Shown: positions 39,220-49,759 of the stretch, in pieces
Numbering within the stretch: the first letter of the stretch is position 1
Layout: each line of letters opens with the position of its first letter
From: Heptranchias perlo
Taxonomy: Eukaryota
Assembly: GCF_035084215.1 (NCBI RefSeq)
Contig: NC_090347.1
Span: 23,250,001 to 23,314,000, forward strand
Direction of reading: 5' to 3'
Length of the DNA: 64,000 nt
The notes under the pieces: model-generated
What the model was told of the DNA's origin: nothing
Databases searched by the model: none
Seen by the model: only the letters and a program-made list of their open reading frames with translations
Position numbers and translations under genes: made by a program

Positions 39220-42090
39220 AACAACAACCACCTGCATTTATATCGTGGCTTTACTGTAGGAAAATGCACCAAGATGCTTCAAAGAAGACAAAATTGACAC
39301 CGGGCCAAAGAAGGAGATATTAGGAGCAGTGACTAAAAGCTTGGACAAAGAGAGGCCATGGAATGATTTGAGAGGTTAAGAATTTTAATTTGGAGGAGTT
39401 GGCGGACTGGTAACTAATGTAGGTCAGTGAGCACAGGGGTGATGGGTGAACGGGATTTGGTGCCGGTTAGGATATGGGCAGCAGAGTTTTGGGATAAGCT
39501 CAAGTTTATGAAGGGTGGAAGATGGAAGGCCAGTCAGGAGAGCATTAGAATAATCAAATCTGGACGTTTCAGCAGCAGATGGGCTGAAGCAGGGGCGGAG
39601 ACAGGCGGTGATATGGAGTTGGAAGTAGGCCATCTTTGTGGTGGAGAGTATACGAGTTTGGAAGCTCAGCTCAGGGTCAAATAGGATGCCAAGGTTGCGA
39701 ACAGTCTGGTTCAGCCTGAGACGGAGTTTATGGTGTGAAATTGCGGCTCATCCAGGACTGGATGTTAGACAAGCAGCATAACAAATCATAGACAGTGGAG
39801 GGGTCGAAAGTGATGGTGGTGAGGTAGAGCTGGGTGTCATCAGCGTACATGTGGAATTGGATGTCAAGTTTTCGCATGACGTCCCCGTGGAGAAATAGGA
39901 GAGGGCCAAGGATAGATCCTTGCGGGATTCCAGAGGTGATGGTATGCCGGCAGGAAGAGAAGCCATTGCAAGAGATTCTTTGGCAACAACAGGATAGGTA
40001 AGAGTAGAATCAGGCGAGGGCAGTCCCTCAGCTGGTCAATGGAGGAGAGGTGTTGGAAAATGATGGCATGGTCAAGTGTCAAAGGCTGCAGCGTGAAGGA
40101 ATAGTGCATCATGGTCACAGTCACAGGGAATCAAACATTGGAGTTGCGGGAAGGCCACAACACTCTCAAAGGTTTTGGAGAGGAAAGTGGGGGGTAGCTT
40201 GCAAGGACAGGGGGGTCAAGGGTGGTTTCTTTGATGGGACTGATGACTGCAGTTTTGAATGGGAAGGAACAGTGCCGGAGGGAATGGAACCGTTCACAAT
40301 GTTAGCAAGCACGGGGGCCAGGAAGGGAAGTTGGATGATCAGCAGTTAGTGGAAATAGGGTCAAGAGAAGAGGAGGAGGTGGTCTCACTGACTAGTTATG
40401 TTCGCAGAGCGCTTGAGGGGAGATGGGATAGAAAATGGAGAAAGATATGGGTTCAGGGCGTAATTACACCCTCCTGGTAGTTGTGGCGCTATAGTGCCTC
40501 TAATAGGATGGGTAGCGTGTAATTACGATGTGACAAGTTTACATAGGCAAGTTTCCATTATAAATGTGGACACATGATTTTATAATGGAAAAGTCAACGG
40601 GAAGTGCACGCAAATGTAAGAGGTTTATGGAGACCTGACAGTGATTGACAGCGGAGAAAACAAGCAGTGGGTTATCTTTGCATTCCAGGATAATCCGGGA
40701 GTGGTGAGCAGCTTTGGCAGAGAGCCGGGCCTAACAGTGCTTGATGTGGTCTAGCCAGATTTGGCAATAAACGGCTAAAGCAGTTGTGCGCCACATACGT
40801 TCAAGTCTGTACACCTTGGAGCAAAGATGGGGGCTGTACCCGGGGGAATGACCCGGGTGGAATAGAGTAAGGGTTTTATTGGGGAAAAAGGCATCAAAGG
40901 CGGAGGTGAGGGAGAGATTGTGCAGATCACTAACTCCAGAAGTATTGCGGTGACCAAGGAGCTGGGAGTTTGAAACTGCTGTTGCAAGTGACTTAGGGGA
41001 GAGATTTTTCCAGGGATGGATGCAGAAGTGGGGTTGGAAGGGGGATGTTAGTGGTGCAGGATACAAGAAAATACAAGGAAATGATCAGAGATGGCCATAT
41101 CTGTGATTGAAACGATGGGAATAGAGTAGCCATGTGAGAAGAGTAGTTTGATGGGTTGGCCGTGAATATGGGTAGAAGAGTTTATGTGGAGGGGGTGATT
41201 AAGGGAGGACAGGATGGCAGTGAGCTCAGAGGAGGGTGGGTACAGTGAGTTGCATTGGAGGTTGAAATCACCGAGGATGAGTCGCCGTTCAGTGCAAAGG
41301 CTCAGGGAGGAAAGGAGTGAGGGTATCTCGGAGTGAATCTCAGCATGGAGCTTGGTTGGGCGATAGAGAACGAGGATTTTAAAGGACTGGCGAGAGGGGC
41401 GAAACAAGGTGAGGTGCTCAAAGGAGGAGCAGGTACCAGAGGAGTAGCACTGCAGACCAAGGTGAGATTTGGTGACAAGAGCCACACTACCACCACAGCA
41501 GTTTGGGCAGGGAAGGTATAGGCAGGTGGGGAGGCTTTCGTAAGGGACAAGGTGTCGTCACCCGTGAGCCAAGTTTCCATCGAGGCCACGATGTCAATGC
41601 AATCATTCACAATAAGGGCATGGATGGCAAGGGCCTTGTTAACAAGTGAATGGAGAGGGGTGGTGATTAGCAGAGTTAAAGGGTCAGCAGTGGGAGGGAT
41701 AAGCACAACAGCAATGTGGCTGGCAACACTAGCCACCAGCAGGCCTGCTGGGTGAGAGACAAAGGTGGGACAGTTGGGGCTGCTGCTCATAAGGCAGAGG
41801 CCAATGCCTTGATGGGCCTTTTGGAGAATGCCTAGGGGGAAGCTATAGGCTTATCCAAGCCTAGGACAGGAGAGTCAGACGGTAAAGGAGTAGTGAAGGG
41901 TTGGGTAGGGATTTGGTGGGTGGTGGGAGGTGGGAGGTGGGAGGTGGGAAGACAGGAGAAATGGAAGGAGGTATGACTGGGTAACAGGAAGGGGATGAGA
42001 CAAGAGAGAAGGGCCCAAAAGGGGTAAAGGGAGAAAGAAAAGGCAATAGAAGTAATGGGTTCTTTTAAGAGTGGAATTTGTACTGAACAG
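39220..42090 (-). mobile_element. Long degraded L2-clade LINE including endonuclease region
   Basis: Tail seen as aacaacaaccacctgcatttatatcgtg at 39220; minus-strand fragments DIVASMETWL, LYRP, LILGDFN, AISDHFLV (APE) and SRFDYSNALL.GLP. Confidence 0.85.
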
Positions 42091-43475
42091 ATTGTAGAGC
42101 TCCATTTTACAGTAATTGCCAAATTAGTTCTCTAGCTCAAAGATTTCATGTATAAATGGACAAGCTGACAGCTCAGAGCTGAGAAAACATGGCTGTGTGG
42201 TATTGAATCAATTCCATGCATCCCAAGGATTGTGTAAATCATAACTATTTTTAAGCATGGCTGAAAAAGTCACATTGGTGTAAAATGACATTTGCCAATA
42301 AGTCAGCTCTTTTATCTGGATGGATTAATATAAGCATCAAAATAGACTCATAGACTGAATAAGCAGATGATGTTGCTTATTGCCACTGCCACATTACTCA
42401 GAGCAGATTGGTGTGTTGACTTGATTTGCAGTACAAACTCAAGTCCAAAAAGTATTCTCTGTTTAGTAAATACCCACATCTATGTAGCAAATTATAAGTG
42501 TGATAGAGAAAGCACTGATCTTGAAAAGGGAGGGTTACCCCAAGTATCCTATAGCCAATTATGAAAATGTCATAATCTCACTTGCAAAAGCAATCATGTT
42601 GTAATTGAACCCTAAAGTTTGCAACTAGATTAGAAGGAACTCTGATTCCTTTGCTTCTCGACTGAAACGTCCTTCTATATAACATTATTTCCCCAAAGAG
42701 ACGCGCTTTCTCTAAAAAAAAAAGTGCCCAACATACCCAACTCTTCATTTATGCTTCCCCAGTGCGAACCCAACGTATGGCTCTTCTCTATTAACCCTGC
42801 TTCAGACTGAATGAGTCCCACAACTCAAACTCTTCCCCAGAGCTGCCTCCAATAATAACCGCTACCACCAACCCTTCTCCGCATTGCCACCTCCCTGGTG
42901 ACCACAGCGCGGTACTTTTGCGTCAAATTGCCCCGAGTGACAACTGCCCAATTCCTCCTGCAGAACTGCCCTTCCCTCAAGTAACCTCCACCTACAATGC
43001 GTCTCCGCAAAGTGTCCCTTCTCCCGCAACCCAACCCTGGTCTCAGACCAGTTCTTTTTTTTTTTGCAATTACAACCACGCCACTCCTCGAGTCACGTTG
43101 GGCCAAGTCCTCTCTGACGGGACCTGCCTCCCCCTGGCGAGTGATCCCAGCCCAACTCTTGCTCCCTCGCAGTGAGCCGAGCCCGGCTCTTCCCTACAGC
43201 AACACCTCCCCCCGGGAGGTCAAACCCCAAACCACGCGACCTTCTGCAGGATGACCTCCCCAGAGTGACCCGCACACCGGTCCCATCTCTCTCTCTCTCT
43301 CTGGCGCCGTCGCCACCGCTGGGGGCTGAGAACAGGCGCCGGGCTTGATGGCGCTATTTAGGGGGGGGGGGGGGGGGGGGGGAAAAAAGTGTGTGTACGT
43401 GCGGGACGTGCTCCTTAGTTTCTGGGCGAGCTGCTCTCGGACCCCGGGCTGTGAGGCGGCCCCGCCGCTCCTTAC

Positions 43476-43604
43476 CTTGACAGTGCTAAAGGATAGAGAG
43501 AAAGTTTCATGGTAGTTGTGTTTTGTCCAGTCGTAAGAGTCCCTTAACTCAGGGCGAGCACTGCGCTTAGCTTCTTTTATTCGTTTTTTAGTTTTGTGAT
43601 TCAT
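43476..43604 (-). CDS. JMJD6: JMJD6 coding exon 1 (bifunctional arginine demethylase / lysyl-hydroxylase, JmjC family)
   Basis: ATG at 43604: [43 protein letters not shown]|GTAAGG; 129 nt. Six exons sum to 1212 nt = 403 aa with consistent phases. Confidence 0.98.
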
Positions 43605-43960
43605 TTCCTAATCTTAAAGCCGCGGGTCTTGCGCTTTTAAAAAAAAAAGCCCTTAAAACCGCTACCGGGTCACACCGCCAGCTTTTACTCTCGAGAGGGC
43701 AGAGACTCGAGGACGAAGATCCTTTTATGAGACTAAATTTCCAGAATTTTCACGCCGCCCGCCCATCTCGCACCTTCCTGTCAATCAAACCAGACGACGG
43801 AAGTCCGGCCCACCGGCCGGGCGCTGATTGGCTGTCGGCAACGTTAGGCGCGTCTAATTGGCGGGTTGGGGTGTCACTCTGGAGAGGTCACGAGCCCCGC
43901 CCCCTCCCCCTCCATGGTTCCCGGAGGCTGCGAGGGGTCAGAGTTGAAGCGCTTGACGTC
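43605..43960. promoter_or_regulatory. Bidirectional CpG-island promoter shared by JMJD6 and METTL23
   Basis: 356 bp between divergent ATGs. CpG-rich, with ETS-like ACGGAAGT (43797-43804), two ATTGG/CCAAT boxes (43827, 43857), GC box CCCCGCCCC (~43895) and CRE palindrome TGACGTCA (43954-43961). Confidence 0.85.
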
Positions 43961-44059
43961 ATGAGCGCCCAGCGGCCTTTAAGTGCCAAGCGGTTCGTGT
44001 TTGTGGAGGAATCGTCGAGTGATGGTGGTGCGGGGTGTTTAGAGGTTTCTATACCCGAG
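43961..44059 (+). CDS. METTL23: METTL23 coding exon 1
   Basis: MSAQRPLSAKRFVFVEESSSDGGAGCLEVSIPE|GTGTCT; 99 nt, in frame with exon 2 (…LEVSIPE-VLDPEYGMYIWP). The donor is weak and the start codon is inferred. Confidence 0.75.
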
Positions 44060-44344
44060 GTGTCTGCTATTTTTTTAAAAAAAAAACACGCTGTTGTTTG
44101 TTTAGATGGGGAACGGTGAAGACAAATCGTGTTTCTCTCAATTGATATGAGCGCTTTCTCCCGAATAGGAGGCCGCGGCCCAACCTTTGAAAAATAAACC
44201 AATGGAAACCTCACGCTTGAAGCGAACGCCATTTCAAGCAGCCTCTAAATTTTCCGCTCACTCGCTGTGTTGCCCCTTCCAGGGGAACTGGGCGTCGCAC
44301 TGCACATGCTTTAGATCTGGGAAGTATTAGACGTGACATTTGTT

Positions 44345-44830
44345 GGTAGGGAGAGTGGTGAGCAAAGATTGGAGCGGTGCAAACATGTACTTTCACATTT
44401 GGGACCTTGATTGCAAATCCAGCCCAGTTATGGGGATGAATTTCTCTCCCCTCTGCGGGCTGTGAAGACAGTTACTAGGCTGAAACTTTAGTGCAGTCCC
44501 GATGATGTGTTGCATTGTTGAAAGTCTTTTAGATTAGAGATTGTAAAATGATCTAACGGCAATCTTGAAGACGAGCAAGGAATTGTGTGGTCTCCTAGTT
44601 TATGTTCCTCCTTCAGGCAACTCTTTCTCCTCCCCCCCCCCCCCCCCCAAACGGATTAATTGGTCATTTATCTCATATGCCGTTTTGGGACTTTGCAATG
44701 TGCAAATTGGCGGCTACATTTGCCTACAAAAACAACTGTGATTCCACTTCAAAAAAAATAATTTTGTTGGTTGTGAAATGCTTTGGAATGTCCTGTGAAA
44801 AATGCTATATAAAAGTAGATTTTTTTTTCT
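44345..44830 (+). mobile_element. LF-SINE-like head (~44345-44500) fused to a Deu-domain SINE remnant (~44500-44830)
   Basis: ctttcacatttgggaccttgattgcaaatccagcccag; then tgtgcaaattggcggctacatttgcctaca...gctttggaatgtcctgtgaaaaatgctatataaaag. Confidence 0.5.
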
Positions 44831-44943
44831 CTCAACATTCACTGCCCTCCGAAAGAGATTTATTGTGTTAAATGTTCTGATATATTTAGATGTTTGTAAA
44901 CAATTTTACAACACCAAATTATAGTCCAGCAATTTTATTTTAA

Positions 44944-44984
44944 ATTCACAAGCTTTCGGAGACTTCCTCCTTCCTCAGGTAAAT
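44944..44984 (-). ncRNA. Minimal type-I hammerhead ribozyme motif (mirror copy in the palindrome)
   Basis: Exact reverse complement of 45007-45047. Confidence 0.7.
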
Positions 44985-45006
44985 GTTTCAGGAGCGCTCC
45001 TGAAAC

Positions 45007-45047
45007 ATTTACCTGAGGAAGGAGGAAGTCTCCGAAAGCTTGTGAAT
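45007..45047 (+). ncRNA. Minimal type-I hammerhead ribozyme motif
   Basis: Stem I ATTTAC/GTGAAT; core CTGAGGA (CUGANGA); stem II GGAG-GAAGT-CTCC; GAAA; palindromic AAGCTT in place of stem III, with UH = UU. Confidence 0.75.
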
Positions 45048-45149
45048 TTAAAATAAAATTGCTGGACTATAACTTGGTGTTGTAAAATTGTTTACAATTG
45101 TCAACCCCAGTCCATCACCAGCATCTCCACATCATATTTAGATGTGACA

Positions 45150-45572
45150 AGGTATCAGCTCAGTGGTAGCACTCTTGCCTCTGAGTCAGAAGGTGTGGGT
45201 TCAAGCCCCATTGAGCACGTAATCTAGGCTGCATTTTAGTATTGAGGGAGTGCTGCATTGTTGGAGGTGAGAATTTTGGTATGGAATGGTCAGTCGAGGC
45301 CCCATTTGCCCGTTCACATGAATGTAGAAGATCCCATGGCACCATTTGAAGAAGAGCTGGGGAGTTCTTCTGGTGTTCTGGCCAATATTCCTCAACTTAG
45401 TAAAACAGATTATCGCTTCATTTATCTCATTGCTGTTTATGGGACCTTACTGCATGAAAGTTGGCTACTACGTTATCCCATGTTTTCACTTCAAAAGTAC
45501 TACTTTGGCTATGGAGTGCTTTGGCATGTCCTGAGGTAGTGAAAGGTGCTGTATAAATGAAAGTTGTTTCTT
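45150..45572 (+). mobile_element. Near full-length tRNA-derived Deu-domain SINE (SacSINE1/AmnSINE1-like)
   Basis: A-box CAGCTCAGTGG and B-box GGTTCAAGCCC; Deu-like core gatcccatggcaccatttgaagaagagctggggagttc...aaaacagattatc; tail gaaaggtgctgtataaatgaaagtt. Confidence 0.8.
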
Positions 45573-45754
45573 ATAAATTAAAGCTTCTTTCATACCCTTT
45601 TAATATATATTCATATAATCAATATGCAGAGTGGCTGGAAAATTGCAATTGGTGTTCTTAATGCAGAATCTGTGAAAATTATCCTGCTCTGCTTCTGGAC
45701 TCGTTCTTCACTGCTGCTTCTGGCTCCGACCATCATTTTCTTTTTATTAATTCT

Positions 45755-45995
45755 TAGGATGTGGCAGGGCCAGCATTTATTGCCCATACCTAATTGCCCT
45801 TGAGATGATGGTGGTGAGCCACCTTCTTGAACCGCTGGAGTCTGTGTGGTGGAAGTGCTCCCACAATGCTATTAGGTTGGGAGTTCCAGGATTTTGACCC
45901 AGTGCGATGAAGGAACCACAATATATGTCCAAATCAGGATGGTGTGTGACTTGAAGGGGAACTTAAGAGGTGAATTTCTTCCCATGCACTTGCTG
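45755..45995 (-). mobile_element. Family A LINE 3' fragment
   Basis: ggccagcatttattgcccatacctaattgcccttgag... matches 3057-3290. Confidence 0.85.
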
Positions 45996-47149
45996 CCCTG
46001 AGACAGCTGTTGCTCCAGCTCTGCTGTGAGTGGGAATTCTTAATCTCAGTAGTTTTGCAGCAGATCCCCAGAACAACGTTAGCTAGTTGCTGTGATGGAC
46101 AAATTGGGGGGAAACTGGCTGTGAACTTGGGGGAAGGTGGTTGAACATTGCCATGAGCTGTAGGGGAAGGGGGAGAGAAAAGGAGTGCCAATGTTAACTG
46201 GGGAGGAGGAAGGAGAAGAATGCTAGTGTGAATTGGTAAATTGATAAACAATTTTAAACTAATTTGACAATCAAATTTAGCAATGCATTACTAGTACATA
46301 TTCCCAATAGTCGACAATTTCTCCAGTAGAAATGAGGAAAAATCCATTTTTTGCCATAATCTGCAATTTCCAATGGCCCTGACAAAAGAATAAGCCTGAT
46401 GATTTCCAGCCCTATGAAGCATTGTTCCTTTTGAAGTATCACCGAAGGCTTACACTGGGGCAGCTTCAGTACTCTGCCTGTACATAAGAATTTAGTGCAC
46501 CCGTATCTATCCATTAAATGCTGTCTTTTTCAAAAATAAGATTCATAAACAATGTTTTCTGTGGTGAAGTTTTTCATTGCTTTCTTCTCTTTAAGTAGAT
46601 TTTATTTAGTGGAATTTAAGCATCTGTGGTCCTGGTCCATTATCTTCAAAAAAAAATTAAAGCTCCCCTAATGACACTATTATGGTGATACATGTGACTT
46701 CCTCTCAGGGCAGCAAGTGCATGGGAAGATATCACAGAGGTGTAATTCATGGACTTTCTGCATTTCAACTCATCCTGATCTGCCTCATTAATGAAGTGTA
46801 TCATCAAAACTGGTGCAACTGGGGATTCTCCAGTTTTGGTGTTTGCAAAAGGTGGCAATCCTACCATTGAGAGTTGACAAGATTGTGCACAAACATGCTG
46901 TGGCATAGTAGTTGGTTGTGGGTTTGTGCCCATGATTTATTGTGCCGATTCCTTTGATCTCAGTCTTTCCAAAGTAAGGGAAGTTGTAGTTGATGGAACT
47001 GGACATGTGCACTCTCGTGCACAAACTGGTTTATGGTTTGCTAGAGGTAATGACAAAAAAGAAGCCAGTATGTGCTGGGGAGGAGAGAGGAAATTCCTGA
47101 AGGATGATTCTGTGGTGACTTTTTGATTTGAGATCCATTTCCTCAATTT

Positions 47150-47460
47150 TCTCCCCTCGTGTTACTCATCCTGACAGTATGGGTGCTGGTAGCCATCTTG
47201 ATACCTTATCCAAGGTGAGTTTAGACAGTGAGTGTCAGCAGGCTATTTGAGTGTGTCGACTATCACAGCAGAGCCCAATCCTATCTTCGCTTGACATCAG
47301 CACATGTACATTCCAGTAGTGGTTACTGGATAGCAATCAAGAACTAGATCATGGCTGATTTTTCCTGTCCTTAGCCTGGGGATATTTATGCCATTGTGCC
47401 CCACTGCTGGCTGGTTTTGTATCATACTATAGGATGCACTTACTCACGGATCCATCGGAG
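47150..47460 (-). mobile_element. Family B SINE
   Basis: Reverse complement of the family B body (cagagcccaatcctatc...cacatgtacattccagtagtggttactggatagcaatcaagaac). Confidence 0.5.
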
Positions 47461-48492
47461 GAGCCCTAGTTACATCGTCTTTCTGTTTTAGAATCATTGT
47501 ACAACACTTTTGTTCTATGAGTGACTGCTGTTTATTTTGTTTATTGATTTATGTGGAATCAACATCAGAATTGGCAATTGAGAAAGAACATTGTTGGCAA
47601 GTAGGGTAAATAAAATAATTTTCTTTTAACAGATAGTAATTTCCTGAAAGATGTAATGTTCGAACATTACATTGCTGAATAAAACATATTTCTGCGACAA
47701 ACCAAATCACAAGGCAATTCCCGCAGCATTTCCTATCAGTAAAACATATGGAAGAAACCGAATGCCTTGCAGTGTAATCTGATTTTTATTTCCATAAGTG
47801 AATTCCAGTCAGTTTCACATATAAAAATAAAAATGTACTGTATTATTTAACAAGCATTCAGCATTCACTTTATTAATACTTGAACAGTGTTTAGTTCTTA
47901 ATTTAGAAGTTGCAAGTGTATTCAAAAAGGTAATAAAATACTAACTAAAAATCATCTACACTTTGCTTATTTGTGATTTTATTTTTGATTGTAAAGCTGT
48001 GTTTGTACAATTCTATGAACATTACAAAAACGTTAAACGATCTGATTGTATAATAAGCCAGAACTGGGGAGTAAATCATTTGGAATAATTAAATGAGTTG
48101 CTGCTGCTATTCACTGATGGAGGTACTGTCAAACTTGTTGCTACTTGTGAAAGATGGCTCAGTAGAAGAAAAACAATTAAGTGAAGGATACAGCAATATG
48201 GCTTTTTGGAGCAATCTGCTTGAAAAAGTAATCTGCTTGATTGGGCCTAATATTATGTCCTTTCTCCTGCTCTAAAACAGTGGTATGGGATCTTTTACAT
48301 CCACCTGAGGGCAGATGGGGACTTGGTTTAACGTTTCATCCGAACAACAGCACCCCCTCAGTACTGTACCAAAGTGTCAATATTCTCAAGTTGCTGGAGT
48401 TAGGCTTGAATTTTTGACTTTCTGACAGAGGTGAAAGTGCTTACACAGAACTAAGGGCTGACAGAGCCAATGAATTTGTTTTTAAGTGTAAT

Positions 48493-49101
48493 CACTGATG
48501 TTTTTGTAAGCAAACGCAACAGACAATTTGCACATAAGATCCTATAAACGTCAATGAGAACAATGACCCTTCTATCCTTGCAAACTACTGCTCCATCTCC
48601 AAACTCCCTTTCCTCTCCAAAGGCCTTGAATGTGTTGTCGCCTCCCAAATCTGTGCCCATCTTTCCCGCAACTCCACGTTTGAACCTCCAATCTGGTTTC
48701 AGCCCCTGTTACACCACTAAAACTGCCCTAATCAAAAGTCACAAATGACATTTTCTGTGACTGTGACCATCATGGATTATGCCCCATCATTCTTCTACAC
48801 TGATGTTTTTGTAAGCAAACGCAACAGACAATTTGCACATAAGATCCTATAAACGTCAATGAGAACAATGACCCTTCTATCCTTGCAAACTACTGCTCCA
48901 TCTCCAAACTCCCTTTCCTCTCCAAAGGCCTTGAATGTGTTGTCGCCTCCCAAATCTGTGCCCATCTTTCCCGCAACTCCACGTTTGAACCTCCAATCTG
49001 GTTTCAGCCCCTGTTACACCACTAAAACTGCCCTAATCAAAAGTCACAAATGACATTTTCTGTGACTGTGACCATCATGGATTATGCCCCATCATTCTTC
49101 T
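48493..49101. repeat. Perfect tandem duplication, period 305 bp
   Basis: 48493-48796 equals 48798-49101 (the ORF track shows identical 64-aa ORFs at 48554 and 48859). Confidence 0.95.
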
Positions 49102-49644
49102 CGGTCTGTCTGCAGCCTTTGATGTGGTCGACCACACCATCCTCCTTCAACTCTTCTCCTCCATTGTCTAGCAGTGGGACTGCTTGCGCTTGTTCCTCTC
49201 TTACCTATCCAGTTGTAAACAGAGACTCTCCTGTGATGGCTTCTCTTCCTGCCCCACAGTTACCTCTGGAGTCCCCTGGCTCTGGCTCCATTACCTATCC
49301 ACCAATTCCATCCCTATCTCTAACCAGCTCCAGCCGTACAATCCTCTGGGAACTCTGCGTTCCTCCAAATCTGGCCTCTTGTGCATCCCCCACTTCTTTG
49401 CTCCACCATCCGCAATCGTGCCTTCAACCGTCTAGATGCTAAGCTCTGGAATTCACTCCCCAAACTTCTTTGCCTCTCCACCTTTTAAGAGGCTGTTTAA
49501 AACCTACCTCTTTGACCAAGCATTTGGTCACCTGTCCTAATGTCTTCCTCTTTGGCTTGTTAATTTTTGTCTGATTACGCTCCTGTGAAGCGTCTTTGGA
49601 TGTTTCACTGCATTAAAGATGCTATATAAATGCAAGTTGTTGTT
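48565..49644 (+). mobile_element. L2-clade LINE fragment abutting METTL23 exon 2, preceded by a minus-strand Deu-SINE remnant (~48270-48565)
   Basis: LQSGFSPCYTTKTALIK RT-like segment; tail gctatataaatgcaagttgttgtt ends at 49644. Confidence 0.8.
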
Positions 49645-49654
49645 ACTTCTTCAG

Positions 49655-49759
49655 GTTCTGGATCCCGAATATGGCATGTACATATGGCCATGTGCTGTTG
49701 TTCTGGCACAATACATGTGGTTTTACAGAAGCACAGTAAGAGGAAAGACCATTTTAGAG
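49655..49759 (+). CDS. METTL23: METTL23 coding exon 2
   Basis: ttcAG|GTT CTG GAT...VLDPEYGMYIWPCAVVLAQYMWFYRSTVRGKTILE|GTAAAC; 105 nt. Absent from the ORF track. Confidence 0.95.

Larger units (their letters stand above)
44894..45135. mobile_element. Penelope-like element terminus in inverted configuration (204-bp palindrome) with 12-bp TSD
   Basis: 44894-45097 is self-complementary about GGAGC|GCTCC with one mismatch; ends ccccagtccatcaccagcatctccacatcat; ATATTTAGATGT at 44882-44893 and 45134-45145. Confidence 0.8.

Noticed and set aside
42825-43275. Overlapping ORFs in the C-rich region of JMJD6 intron 1
   Set aside because: Expected in GC-rich CpG-island flank DNA with few stop codons; no protein motifs.
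45155-45215. tRNA gene-like sequence with A and B boxes (also 33598-33690 and 25465-25540)
   Set aside because: No complete cloverleaf, and each continues into a SINE/LINE body, so they are SINE heads.
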